Part shown: positions 9,063-18,187 of the stretch, piece after piece
How the letters are laid out: every line of letters starts with the position of its first letter
Numbering within the stretch: the first letter of the stretch is position 1
Virus record (IMG/VR): IMGVR_UViG_3300048571_000088
Coordinates: 62,001 to 126,000 of that record
Length of the DNA stretch: 64,000 nucleotides
Strand: one strand, 5' to 3'
The notes under the pieces: model-generated
Seen by the model: the letters and a program-made list of their open reading frames with translations, nothing else
Told to the model about the DNA's origin: nothing
Database searches by the model: none
Position numbers and translations under genes: made by a program

Positions 9063-9472
9063 ACCACAACCTCTTTATTATACGATTGACAAATGAAATA
9101 CCAAATCCCCGTTCTTTCCCCAACACCAGAAACACTGTGTGCCGATGTGTGATCAAACAAAAATACATCACCACTTCTGACTCTCATAAAGTCAGCTCCA
9201 ACACAAAAATTAAGTGGGAGATTGACTTTTGGAAACCACAGAAGTGTCAAGTCTGAACCTTCGTCATCAACGTGCTGTCTAACATGCCTACTCATTCGAC
9301 CACCAATGATGAGGTCTTCATGTTTAACTTCCACCAGGCCATCCTTAGCCTGTAACTTCTGAATTTCAATAGGCCATTCAACATTCAATACATCAGTGAA
9401 GCACCTGTCATCATTGTTTACAGCCAGTTGCTTCAGAAAACCTTTTACTGGCTTTACATTACCAATTTTCAT
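9059..9472 (-). CDS. putative 2OG-Fe(II) dioxygenase / cupin-fold protein
   Basis: HxD (QHVD) and distal H (LFDHTSAHSV) facial-triad pattern. Confidence 0.6.
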   Translation of the reverse strand: MKIGNVKPVKGFLKQLAVNNDDRCFTDVLNVEWPIEIQKLQAKDGLVEVKHEDLIIGGRMSRHVRQHVDDEGSDLTLLWFPKVNLPLNFCVGADFMRVRSGDVFLFDHTSAHSVSGVGERTGIWYFICQSYNKEVVV

Positions 9473-9501
9473 AATTCTCTCCGTTGTTATAGACCTACTG
9501 A

Positions 9502-9660
9502 CTATTCTGAATCATCATATTCATTCACTAAATCCTGAATAGTCTGGTTAGCTTGAGTAAGCTCCTCATTCAACTCTGTAAGGTAGTAAACAGCTTCAGA
9601 GATTTCTTGATCACTATCTGCACCATCAGTAAGCATACGAATTACAGTGTTGATGCTCAT
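9502..9660 (-). CDS. 52-aa acidic helical protein (not in ORF track)
   Basis: Manual translation MSINTVIRMLTDGADSDQEISEAVYYLTELNEEL... Confidence 0.5.
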   Translation of the reverse strand: MSINTVIRMLTDGADSDQEISEAVYYLTELNEELTQANQTIQDLVNEYDDSE

Positions 9661-9977
9661 GATTCACCCTGTGCCTTTACGGTTGCTTTCGGTGTTGGTG
9701 GAAGTGGCTGTCAGAATTTTGGGCGCCAAACTCCCTCCGGTGTGTTTGAATGAGTTTTCCAATGACCACCAATCTTTCTGGACGCAACAGCCTGATTCAC
9801 GCCGAATTCGTCAATAATAAGCACGCGCTTATCGGGTGGCGCGCTCTCAATTGGCCGCCAAAAAAACGCAGCCAACAACTCTGAATTCTGCGCCTTGAGC
9901 TTCTTGATTTCGGCTTGCGCTAAAGCAAGCATCAAAATAAAAACCAATACAAGAGTATACGTAAAGAATGTTAACAT
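9657..9977 (-). pseudogene. TM-anchored DUF551-like protein with TGA at 9711-9713 where Trp is expected
   Basis: WRPIESAP N-motif; reading through the stop gives PKF*QPLPPTP, the W[QM]PLP terminal motif. Confidence 0.65.
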
Positions 9978-10165
9978 GCTGTTTTTCCTTTTGAGTCGGC
10001 GACTGTTGCTTTCAACTCAGCATTTTCAGCTTCTAATCGGTCGATTTTGTGTAACAGGTTAACGACATTTGCAGATGTGATTTGCTGTGTAAACCACCGC
10101 TTTATGTCTTTGTCTTTAAATTCGCACTGCTTGTGCAACTGCCATGCTTCCATTAGTTCTGTCAT
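9971..10165 (-). CDS. hypothetical coiled-coil protein
   Basis: 64-aa ORF. Confidence 0.6.
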   Translation of the reverse strand: MTELMEAWQLHKQCEFKDKDIKRWFTQQITSANVVNLLHKIDRLEAENAELKATVADSKGKTAC

Positions 10166-10461
10166 GTTTTACCTTGTGCTTTGGCAATTACTGTTTTGCA
10201 CTGTGCATCTAGCTTACAGTTTTTGCAGAAAGCGTGATTGCAGCCGCAAAAACCCTGAAATGCCATAGCTTCAAGTGCAGCTAACAACTCAGGAGCAGCA
10301 GCAATTAAATAACCATTAAGATCTTGAATTGCTTCGCCATTTGGTTGGTATTGCAACCATCCCCAGCCGCGAACATCAGCAATTGGTTGATGCTCTTTGG
10401 CAGTGCGTACCGTTTGTCGTTTTGGGCAATACACCCAGGGTGCTGGTGTGTGCTGGCTCAT
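10162..10461 (-). CDS. phage protein of the 'HTPGPW...LIAAAPELLAAL' family
   Basis: Motif; start MSQHT at 10461. Confidence 0.75.
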   Translation of the reverse strand: MSQHTPAPWVYCPKRQTVRTAKEHQPIADVRGWGWLQYQPNGEAIQDLNGYLIAAAPELLAALEAMAFQGFCGCNHAFCKNCKLDAQCKTVIAKAQGKT

Positions 10462-10844
10462 GCTTGCACCCCACACAACTCATCCGGCACATCTACATCA
10501 ACACCTAGCTGCATCTGCACGACGCCGCGGGCAACGGCTTGTTCGGGCGTGTCACCGTATTCATCCCATTCACTATCACCGGGCGTAGCGCTCCACAGCG
10601 ACGTTATGTTCCAGTATGCCAGCGCTATCTTGTGTTCTTTAATCAACTCCATGCACGTTGCGGGGTCGGTGTAGAAAAACCCGCACTTATGGTGTCTCGG
10701 GTAACCATTTGGTAAAGGTAGCGCCAATACAGCAATTGAGCTGTCATAGGGGTTTGGGCGACTCATTTCAGGTTCTAGCTTCAAAGCATCAGCCAACGCC
10801 CAATCAAGCGCCAATCCGGTCAGTTCTGCGGCTTGGATTTTCAT
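10458..10844 (-). CDS. DUF2591/NinX-like phage protein
   Basis: ELTGLALDWALA...GDTPEQAVARGVV motif. Confidence 0.75.
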   Translation of the reverse strand: MKIQAAELTGLALDWALADALKLEPEMSRPNPYDSSIAVLALPLPNGYPRHHKCGFFYTDPATCMELIKEHKIALAYWNITSLWSATPGDSEWDEYGDTPEQAVARGVVQMQLGVDVDVPDELCGVQA

Positions 10845-11116
10845 CCCACAGCCTCCAATTGCAGCTTACGTAACCGTTTACGGGTTTTAACAGAAGGTAG
10901 TACTACAGGAGCTACATTGGTTCGAGTGTACCGACAGGCAAATGCATGTGGGTAGTTCTGGATCCACACTTCAGTATCTCCAAACTTAACTGTATACATG
11001 TCAACAACAACTAATGGGTGCGTATCCATTAGTGTATTAAGAACTGTATCCCACTCTTTTGAAGTTGGGTAGTTCTGGAACCAATAATCAGGGTATAACC
11101 GATACCAATCAATCAT
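10841..11116 (-). CDS. conserved-looking phage hypothetical protein (start MIDWY at 11116)
   Basis: VWIQNYP...LPSVKTR motif; SD before 11116. Confidence 0.6.
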   Translation of the reverse strand: MIDWYRLYPDYWFQNYPTSKEWDTVLNTLMDTHPLVVVDMYTVKFGDTEVWIQNYPHAFACRYTRTNVAPVVLPSVKTRKRLRKLQLEAVG

Positions 11117-11558
11117 TTTGAATCTCTCCAGTGTAAGGGACTGCATACTTCCAATTACAACCTGCAATACATACAAACCAGTTGCAGTCATTTTTGTAGT
11201 TTACAATGAGACGGACGCTACTAGAAGCAAGTGCTGCTCTATCTGAAGCATCACTGCAATAACAGAGAATTGGTTTTTTAGAGTCTGTTAGCTTCTGTTG
11301 AGTTAAAGCACTTCCAACTAAAGGTAAGCCTTCAAACGCAAAACCATATAAAGTTTCTAATGCAGCTTTGTTCTCGGGTGTTGCAAGGAACAATGAAGGT
11401 AAGCTACTGGTTACTACATTCTTACCTCCCAGAGTAAAGCATCTGATCGAATTAACTAAAGATAATGGGTAGTTGTTTGAAGGATGTTTAGTGACTGTAT
11501 AAATCTCTGTTCCACGAACAGGACAGTAAACCAAATCACCTACTTTGAATGGAGCCAT
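11109..11558 (-). CDS. phage protein (FKVGDLVY...ATPEN...LYG.EFE family)
   Basis: Paralog of the C-terminal part of 11705..12385. Confidence 0.75.
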   Translation of the reverse strand: MAPFKVGDLVYCPVRGTEIYTVTKHPSNNYPLSLVNSIRCFTLGGKNVVTSSLPSLFLATPENKAALETLYGFAFEGLPLVGSALTQQKLTDSKKPILCYCSDASDRAALASSSVRLIVNYKNDCNWFVCIAGCNWKYAVPYTGEIQND

Positions 11559-11704
11559 GTTAGTTACCCTCTTGGTGTATTGGTTTGAATTTGGTGCGCC
11601 TAACTGGATTCAAATTAGTGACCATCCACGTATATTGTGATTCAATCTTTGGTGGCATTGTTTCAGTGTATCCATGATCTTCTTGATTAAAGAGACGAAT
11701 CAAT

Positions 11705-12385
11705 TCAGAGCATGTGTGCATTATTTTCCCATCCTTTCACAGTTTGTACTTGACCAACATAAGGTGTTGCATAATTCCATTCTTGGTCATGGTAATCAAC
11801 AAAGTAGCCACCTTCCACTCGTACAACCAATCGAAGATAGCTACTATTAATCCCCACCAACCCATCTCTCATATTAGTTACATGGCATAAGATTGGCGTA
11901 TCACACTCCGTGAACATCTTACGCGTTAAATCACTACCTGACAGCTCTACAGGTGGCGATTCAAACTCCACGCCATATAGTTGATCTAGTAGTTTTTGGT
12001 TTTCTTGTGTTGCATGGAACAGCGCAGGTAGGGTATCAATTTTATTGCACTTGCCATCTACAGTGAAGCAGGTGTTACGGTCAGCTATTGACAAGGGATA
12101 GCTTTGTGAATTGTAATCAACGGTCGAAAATACACTTGTTCCATAATTAGGCCAGTAAACCAAGTCACCAGCTTTGAATTCATTCTGTTTCATTACAACA
12201 CTCTCTTTAGGTCTTTCAACAATGTACATGCCTTCCATTACCTCAACCATGTGATCATTAACAATGACCCATTGTCCACCGATGAACCACTCCCATGCGC
12301 CATCATGGATTTTGACACACCATTCAGGCTTCACCACAAAGTGCGTTGTACCTTGAGGAAGGGAATCCCAATCAATTTTCTTCAT
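11705..12385 (-). CDS. two-module phage protein (IDW..P.G.TH N-module plus FKAGDLVY module)
   Basis: Shares modules with 11109..11558 and 12964..13587. Confidence 0.75.
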   Translation of the reverse strand: MKKIDWDSLPQGTTHFVVKPEWCVKIHDGAWEWFIGGQWVIVNDHMVEVMEGMYIVERPKESVVMKQNEFKAGDLVYWPNYGTSVFSTVDYNSQSYPLSIADRNTCFTVDGKCNKIDTLPALFHATQENQKLLDQLYGVEFESPPVELSGSDLTRKMFTECDTPILCHVTNMRDGLVGINSSYLRLVVRVEGGYFVDYHDQEWNYATPYVGQVQTVKGWENNAHML

Positions 12386-12963
12386 TACACACCCTCCAGT
12401 TGAAATGTGGCTGAGTTGATACCGTACCTAATCACTGGCGGAGCGCCCGCGCAATAATTGCATAGCCAGTCAACAAAAACAATACAATACACACGACTTG
12501 TGTAAACACATCGAAAAAATCCATTACAACACCTTTCTGAAAAACGTCACAGCTATAATCATAAATCCAAGTAAGCTAGGTAGCACACCCAAACTGCTAC
12601 AAGGAGGACAAACCCTAAAACGCACAAGCAAAATGCCATCATCATTTCTACAAATCTCCTGAATACGAACGGGCAGAGAGTATAAAACCTCCGATAATAC
12701 AACCCAACAACAACAGAGGAAAACCCACAAGGAATACTTTCATCACACCATCACGAGCAGATTGAAAGTGAGAACACGCCACAGTTTTACACTGTCAAGC
12801 TCTATTTCAGGAATGAGCAGTAAAGACGCTGTACACGACAACAGCACCCCAACAGTGATTGCCAACCCATTGAAGCGAGTAGGTCTTTTGCCTTGTGAAA
12901 CTCTTCCTCGTTTTTAACATGAATAAACACGTTTTCTGTCATTTCAATTCTCTTTACTGTTGT

Positions 12964-13587
12964 TTAGTTTACTGTTTCACTGAGACTTCTCAATGCTTTG
13001 GAGTGTAAAATTGCATCTTCACGGTTAGTGTGTAGGTTCTTGTATGCGTCTTTATTTGACTCGCTTAAAGACACACATTTGCTATTTATATTATTATTTA
13101 GGTGTACGATTGGATAGTAATATAATTTACCTAATTGCAACTCACTAGATGTTAGTGGTTTTGGTACGTTGTACCTACCGATACAAATTGTTTCTCGTGG
13201 TGGGAACTCTCCAATGTAGTATTCAAATTGATCAGACCACACATTAATAAACGATATTGCAGTTAACCAAGATCTGTCGAGGTTAGGTCGTCGGTACCAT
13301 ATTGTTTGGGAGGGATCTAAAGCCCACTTTACTATTGAATCGTGATGTACATGTTTTTTGCTTGGTTCTTTGGTTTCTTGTTGGTTAGGGCGTTCGATGA
13401 ATGTATGTTTGCTGCTAATACTTAATTTTTCTTTCATATTGTATATAGACGGCAACCAAACAGAGTTATCGTCATCGAAAAACCTTATAGTTGGCTCGTT
13501 TTTATTTCCTGGCTTGTAGTAACTTTTCACTTGCGTACAATAGTGTGTAGCTCCTTCTGGTGCATTTTTCCAATCAATTTCACTCAT
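12964..13587 (-). CDS. modular phage protein (IDWKNAPEGATHY N-module plus VPKPL family C-module)
   Basis: Motifs shared with 2745..3173. Confidence 0.75.
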   Translation of the reverse strand: MSEIDWKNAPEGATHYCTQVKSYYKPGNKNEPTIRFFDDDNSVWLPSIYNMKEKLSISSKHTFIERPNQQETKEPSKKHVHHDSIVKWALDPSQTIWYRRPNLDRSWLTAISFINVWSDQFEYYIGEFPPRETICIGRYNVPKPLTSSELQLGKLYYYPIVHLNNNINSKCVSLSESNKDAYKNLHTNREDAILHSKALRSLSETVN

Positions 13588-13659
13588 TTTGACTCTCTTT
13601 GTTTTGTTATTAGTATTAAACTAGCCTTAAAAAGAACTGGCCGTCAGTGTTAAAAAAAT

Positions 13660-13687
13660 ATGAGTGGAGAATTAATTCTCCACTCAT
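13660..13687 (-). terminator. perfect 28-bp palindrome followed by a U-tract on the minus strand; terminator of the RNAP1 operon
   Basis: ATGAGTGGAGAATTAATTCTCCACTCAT next to AAAAAAAT. Confidence 0.75.
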
Positions 13688-13695
13688 GGGTTAGA

Positions 13696-14994
13696 TCAAG
13701 CTAGTAACTGATTAAAGCTGTCTGACAAACTTTTCAGTTTAGCAGTAGCTTCTTCTTTACTCGCCTGTTTGTTTGTTTCGGCAATACGGCTGATTTGATA
13801 GATTGGTTCTACCAGTTCACCAAAGAATGAATTCTCTTGGATGAAGTTTTCATGTTGCTTGTAGTTGACTAGTTTGTCACCTACTGGGAAAACTCCTTTA
13901 TTATGGACGCGAAGAAAATCACTACAAGCTTGAAGAATACCTGTTGTGTTTGCCCAATTAATAATTGAGAACATCATTGCAACTTGATCAGGACTTAATT
14001 CTAAATCTTTAGAAAGAATTCGACTGATCTCTTTTTGGTGTTGTGGTTTTGCCATGTTTCGTAAGTACAGTAATTCGAAACTGGAAGAACCTCCTGCGGT
14101 ATGTTTAACACTATCCATTACAAAGTCTTGAAGACCTCGAATATAGATAAATGTTAGTGTTTGATACATTTTATCGGTCAGGCGTAACATTGGAAACTCT
14201 AACTTATCTTGCTTAAAGTTTCCTTTACATTTGATTGCAGTTTTCTGGTACATTTCTGCACACATTGCAAAAACCCAACCATTATTTGTTGCTGGTCCGA
14301 TAGCTGCCTTAGCGTCGCGAGCGTTTAACAGACAATCCATGTAGGAGAGTTTGTATGAACGCTCCTTGAGGTTTAATTCTCTTGCATAAGGCATTTCATG
14401 TAATTGATATACCATTTCTTTGTCGAATAAAGAATCTGCTTCGTATTCGCCTTCTAGGAAGTTTTTATTCCAGTTTAATTCTTCTTGGCAAGGGATCATT
14501 TTAATGTAATCTGGACGATCATCTGCTTGTTTGAAGCAGTAAATGGGCGCTAAATCGCCATCACTATCCGCATGCGAAAAATAGACAATAGATTCTTTGT
14601 CTATTAATATGATATCTTTATTTTTCTCTGTGTCTAGGTAGTTATCAATCAGAATCTTGTGATTATTTGCTAAGTGGTTAGCAAAATCATCTCGACTCCA
14701 GACTCGTAACTCACGGAACATACTCATCCATAGACAAGGGTGTCGCATGAAGTTAAGCTTGAAACCACGAGTTAATTCTGTATACTCTGGTGATTCACAT
14801 TCAGAGAAACAGTATTTATATAACTTTTGATATAATTTACTATCAAAGATTACACATGTGTCTGGCGGAATCAACGCATCTGTTGATTGTTTCTTACTAA
14901 ATCCCATTACTTGTGGGGTTAGCAATGCGTATGTTCCGGTCAAAATCATTCTCCTTGGTTTTGAAAGATGAGTGGAGACATCATAAATCTCCAC
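13696..14994 (-). CDS. two-barrel RNA polymerase, beta'-like catalytic portion (RNAP1 C-half)
   Basis: FMRHPCLW (NRxP-like) and HADSDGD (DxDGD Mg triad, about 14554-14574); in frame with the upstream ORF. Confidence 0.8.
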   Translation of the reverse strand: MEIYDVSTHLSKPRRMILTGTYALLTPQVMGFSKKQSTDALIPPDTCVIFDSKLYQKLYKYCFSECESPEYTELTRGFKLNFMRHPCLWMSMFRELRVWSRDDFANHLANNHKILIDNYLDTEKNKDIILIDKESIVYFSHADSDGDLAPIYCFKQADDRPDYIKMIPCQEELNWNKNFLEGEYEADSLFDKEMVYQLHEMPYARELNLKERSYKLSYMDCLLNARDAKAAIGPATNNGWVFAMCAEMYQKTAIKCKGNFKQDKLEFPMLRLTDKMYQTLTFIYIRGLQDFVMDSVKHTAGGSSSFELLYLRNMAKPQHQKEISRILSKDLELSPDQVAMMFSIINWANTTGILQACSDFLRVHNKGVFPVGDKLVNYKQHENFIQENSFFGELVEPIYQISRIAETNKQASKEEATAKLKSLSDSFNQLLA

Positions 14995-15003
14995 TCTGTT
15001 GGA

Positions 15004-17184
15004 TTACAGTTCTGCACCTTGGTACAGTAACTTGTTAACTTCGTTCAAGTAAGCATTTAACTCTGTGTAACGCTTTTTACTTGGGTCTTGTTCAAACACA
15101 AATAAATAACGTGGAGTACCCATGCAATACTTTAAGATGTTAGAGATACGGATAATAACTTGATGGTAAGTCCAAGTTTTATCAGGGAGTTGGTTTACAA
15201 ACATGTTCAGTGTCTGAGCAGATGGTACTCGGATAACTGGTGCATTGTTGTAATTCATACCTTTAAACGATAACAAGAAGCCGTTTGGATTCCATTCAGG
15301 ATCGAGTAGTTTTGATGTACTCTTGAATGTACTGATTGCTGTTTCAATAAGGTCTTGTTGGGAGAAAACAGAACCTTTTGTTACTGATTTAGCAGAGTAC
15401 ATAGGAAGTTTATCCGTAGGGAACAAACTACCAGTGAGATCAGTTTTGATTTTCATCAATTCATCTACACACTTTTTGTCTGTTTCTGAGACGTACTTAT
15501 CCCAAATGTGCTTCTGTAGAGCTTTGTTACCGTTCTGCGCTAGAAAACGTCCTGTTTCAAACATGAAAGACATTGGTTTTGCTTTACCATAAGTCTGAGC
15601 TAACTCTGTGAAACGAGTATAGACTAGGCCGATGAAGACTTCCGTTTCGAGACCAAATTCGTCAACATAACGAAACTTTGGCAAAGATTTGAAAGCAGCG
15701 TTAACCATCTCCACATTGTTAGCATCAAGAATTCCCCATTTGTTTTTGGGTTTGTAAGTACCCATTTTGACAGCCAATGTAGCTCCAGCCAGTACAATTG
15801 TATTGACTTTAGCTTTGATTGCATTAGCACCTACAGCAAGATCAGGAGTAAGAGAAGGATATGAGCCTTCAAGGAACTCAATGAAACCTAGATTAGGTTT
15901 ACATTTTGTTACTCCCTTTAAACCTGTGTTAGAGTCTATACGTGCATTTCCTGCTGTTTTAGTGAGCAGAAGACGTAGCTTTCTTGCACCTAGGGTACCA
16001 GAATGAGTGAGAGACTCTAACTTGATTTCATTGATATTTTTGACCTCGATTGGTTTATCTTGGACATCAACACCAACAACAAATTTACCTGAAGGACAAT
16101 GGACAGACTCTCCAATCTTCAAGTTGATTTCATTGAACATGTCAGTAATACTAACAGACTGCATAATCTGTTGAGAGACATATTTAGGTGAAGCTTCAAT
16201 TTCACCAGCTAAGAATCGGCCATGACTGGACATACGACAGAATACAACAACAGATTCAGAAAGACAATCATCTCGAGAGACATAAGAATCTGTTGTTGGA
16301 TCGTATAGACAATCTTGAGCGATTACTGAAGTTGCTGGATTTCTTAAAGCAATTGCATCTGAGATTAAATGAGTTTTTAAGCGAGCTACAATGTTCTGAG
16401 CAGGAGGAAAGATTGAAAAGAAACTCTTTCCAGTCTCTTTATATCCTGGCGAACGATATAATGGATTTGATGGGTTATAAGGATGTACGACAAGTTTACC
16501 AGTCATAGAGAAAGAAGACTCTGATGAGGGATGGACTGGTAAGTCTTTAATGACCATTCGACAGGTTTCTGAAGAAGGTTTATAAGCATTTTGTCGTAGA
16601 ATTTCACCTAGTAACCGTAGAGGATGAGTATCTAAGAGTACAGGTTTGAGTTGAGTTGAGTTTAGTCGATCCCAAGGAGACAGGATGACGAAAGTATTTG
16701 ATACTTTCTTGAAGGCATTATAAGCTTTAGGAGTATTGTAATCCATGAAGGCTTGTAAAGCTCCAATGTCACCAGAGAGAAGATAACCGAAAGCTTTTTG
16801 ATCACTTTTGGCGTACTCTGAAAACATGTAAAGACGATGCTGTAATAGCATGTATAGAAGTTGATTCTGGTTAAGAATGCAATTTGAGTTTGTTGAAAAA
16901 TAATCAATCTTTTTGGATGATTTGAAAGATGAAATTTCAAAGAGGAATTTGGGAAATTGGGTTTTTGAAGCTTTTGGATTGTAAATTGAAGCTGAAATTT
17001 CGATTTCAGTGTTTTCTTGATCTGAATTGAAAAGACTCAAAACAAGAAATGTCTGCATTTTTAATTCCCATTTGAATAAAGATTCAAATCCTTTTGGGAT
17101 TAAAAGATCAATTTCAGAAGCATCAAGATTTTCTGGAATAAACGGAACTTCAGAAAAATCGATTGGGCGATTTGTGATTGCCAT
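15004..17184 (-). CDS. two-barrel RNA polymerase, beta-like portion (RNAP1 N-part)
   Basis: GNARIDSNTGLKGV (GDK..HGxKG-like), PDLAVGANAIK and VFIGLVYTRFTE (GxxYxxKL-like). Confidence 0.75.
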   Translation of the reverse strand: MAITNRPIDFSEVPFIPENLDASEIDLLIPKGFESLFKWELKMQTFLVLSLFNSDQENTEIEISASIYNPKASKTQFPKFLFEISSFKSSKKIDYFSTNSNCILNQNQLLYMLLQHRLYMFSEYAKSDQKAFGYLLSGDIGALQAFMDYNTPKAYNAFKKVSNTFVILSPWDRLNSTQLKPVLLDTHPLRLLGEILRQNAYKPSSETCRMVIKDLPVHPSSESSFSMTGKLVVHPYNPSNPLYRSPGYKETGKSFFSIFPPAQNIVARLKTHLISDAIALRNPATSVIAQDCLYDPTTDSYVSRDDCLSESVVVFCRMSSHGRFLAGEIEASPKYVSQQIMQSVSITDMFNEINLKIGESVHCPSGKFVVGVDVQDKPIEVKNINEIKLESLTHSGTLGARKLRLLLTKTAGNARIDSNTGLKGVTKCKPNLGFIEFLEGSYPSLTPDLAVGANAIKAKVNTIVLAGATLAVKMGTYKPKNKWGILDANNVEMVNAAFKSLPKFRYVDEFGLETEVFIGLVYTRFTELAQTYGKAKPMSFMFETGRFLAQNGNKALQKHIWDKYVSETDKKCVDELMKIKTDLTGSLFPTDKLPMYSAKSVTKGSVFSQQDLIETAISTFKSTSKLLDPEWNPNGFLLSFKGMNYNNAPVIRVPSAQTLNMFVNQLPDKTWTYHQVIIRISNILKYCMGTPRYLFVFEQDPSKKRYTELNAYLNEVNKLLYQGAEL

Positions 17185-17229
17185 TTTTACAACTCCTAGA
17201 GAATTTGGAAAGATTTGAAACTCCGATTT

Positions 17230-17373
17230 TTAAGATCGGAATTTGTTCCAGAGGAATTTTACACCTAAAAACAATCCGTAAATGGAAATTGCATCAAGAA
17301 TTCCGATTATAATTGCTGCAGCTATCGGAGAAAATCCTGTAACGCCAAGAATTGTATACCAAAATTCGATCAT
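17230..17373 (-). CDS. 47-aa single-TM microprotein
   Basis: MIEFWYTILGVTGFSPIAAAIIIGIL...; paralog of 17378..17518. Confidence 0.6.
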   Translation of the reverse strand: MIEFWYTILGVTGFSPIAAAIIIGILDAISIYGLFLGVKFLWNKFRS

Positions 17374-17377
17374 GCTT

Positions 17378-17518
17378 TTACACCTTAAGTGAGAGAAGAT
17401 AAAAGAATACGGCAACGGAAATTACTACAAGAATTCCGATCAGAATTGTTGCAGTCATCGGAGAAAATCCTGTTGCAGAAATTGCAACAGTAAGAATTGT
17501 ATTCCAAAATTCTATCAT
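17378..17518 (-). CDS. 46-aa TM microprotein (not in ORF track)
   Basis: Manual translation MIEFWNTILTVAISATGFSPMTATILIGILVVISVAVFFYLLSLKV. Confidence 0.6.
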   Translation of the reverse strand: MIEFWNTILTVAISATGFSPMTATILIGILVVISVAVFFYLLSLKV

Positions 17519-17688
17519 GCTGGTACACCTTGAGTGAGAATCAATGTTACTACTAATAAAGGCAAATAAGCAACAATTGAGAGAAAAGAATACAATACAA
17601 AATGTATTGTTCCGGCTGAAGAGAAAATATACAATCCGAGAATCAATAAACAGAATGCATAAATTGCTATTTGCTTGGTTGAGAACAT
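17515..17688 (-). CDS. 57-aa two-TM microprotein (not in ORF track)
   Basis: MFSTKQIAIYAFCLLILGLYIFSSAG...; ATGA overlap with the next ORF. Confidence 0.55.
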   Translation of the reverse strand: MFSTKQIAIYAFCLLILGLYIFSSAGTIHFVLYSFLSIVAYLPLLVVTLILTQGVPA

Positions 17689-17792
17689 TTTCGGAATCCT
17701 ATTTCTGCAAGAACAATTGACAAAAGGATTCCATAAAATCCTGTCCAGATTGAAATCAATGCTACGCCAATAATTGCAGCATACAATTTCAA
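17667..17792 (-). CDS. 41-aa TM microprotein (TTG start, not in ORF track)
   Basis: MKLYAAIIGVALISIWTGFYGILLSIVLAEIGFRKCSQPSK. Confidence 0.45.
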   Translation of the reverse strand: MKLYAAIIGVALISIWTGFYGILLSIVLAEIGFRKCSQPSK

Positions 17793-17793
17793 T

Positions 17794-18126
17794 CTAAAAG
17801 TTAAATCGAACATTTTTCAAGTCTCCTAGTTTCCATTCAGGTTCGAAAGTTTGCCATTTTCCTTTTACTTTCTTTCTGTATCCGAACAGTTTTGCTGTTA
17901 CGAAAAGACAAAGAGAAAACATTACACCGGAAAAAGCAGAAATTATGATGCCAGAAATTGTTCCTGTTAAAGCCATATAAGCTGTAATTCCGAAACCAAA
18001 AAAGGCATCGAGATATGCTTTATAGCCTAAAGCTGTTAGAAACAATTTCTTATCCATGCTGTACAGAATATAGAAAAACTCGACAGCAGTGATAATTCCA
18101 ACGAGTAATAATGTTGATAAAGACAT
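17794..18126 (-). CDS. multi-pass membrane protein (likely start MSLSTLL at 18126)
   Basis: About three hydrophobic segments, basic C-terminus, AAGGAG SD. Confidence 0.75.
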   Translation of the reverse strand: MSLSTLLLVGIITAVEFFYILYSMDKKLFLTALGYKAYLDAFFGFGITAYMALTGTISGIIISAFSGVMFSLCLFVTAKLFGYRKKVKGKWQTFEPEWKLGDLKNVRFNF

Positions 18127-18187
18127 TATAATCTCCTTTTGGGATTGAAGTGTGAACTTTTGATCATTCACACTTCAAGAAAGAATC

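Noticed and set aside
13696-17184. Classic phiKZ-type multi-subunit RNAP annotation
   Set aside because: The motifs are far from NADFDGD/GDK, the two ORFs are in frame and collinear with a single-chain paralog, and no other split subunits were recognised here.
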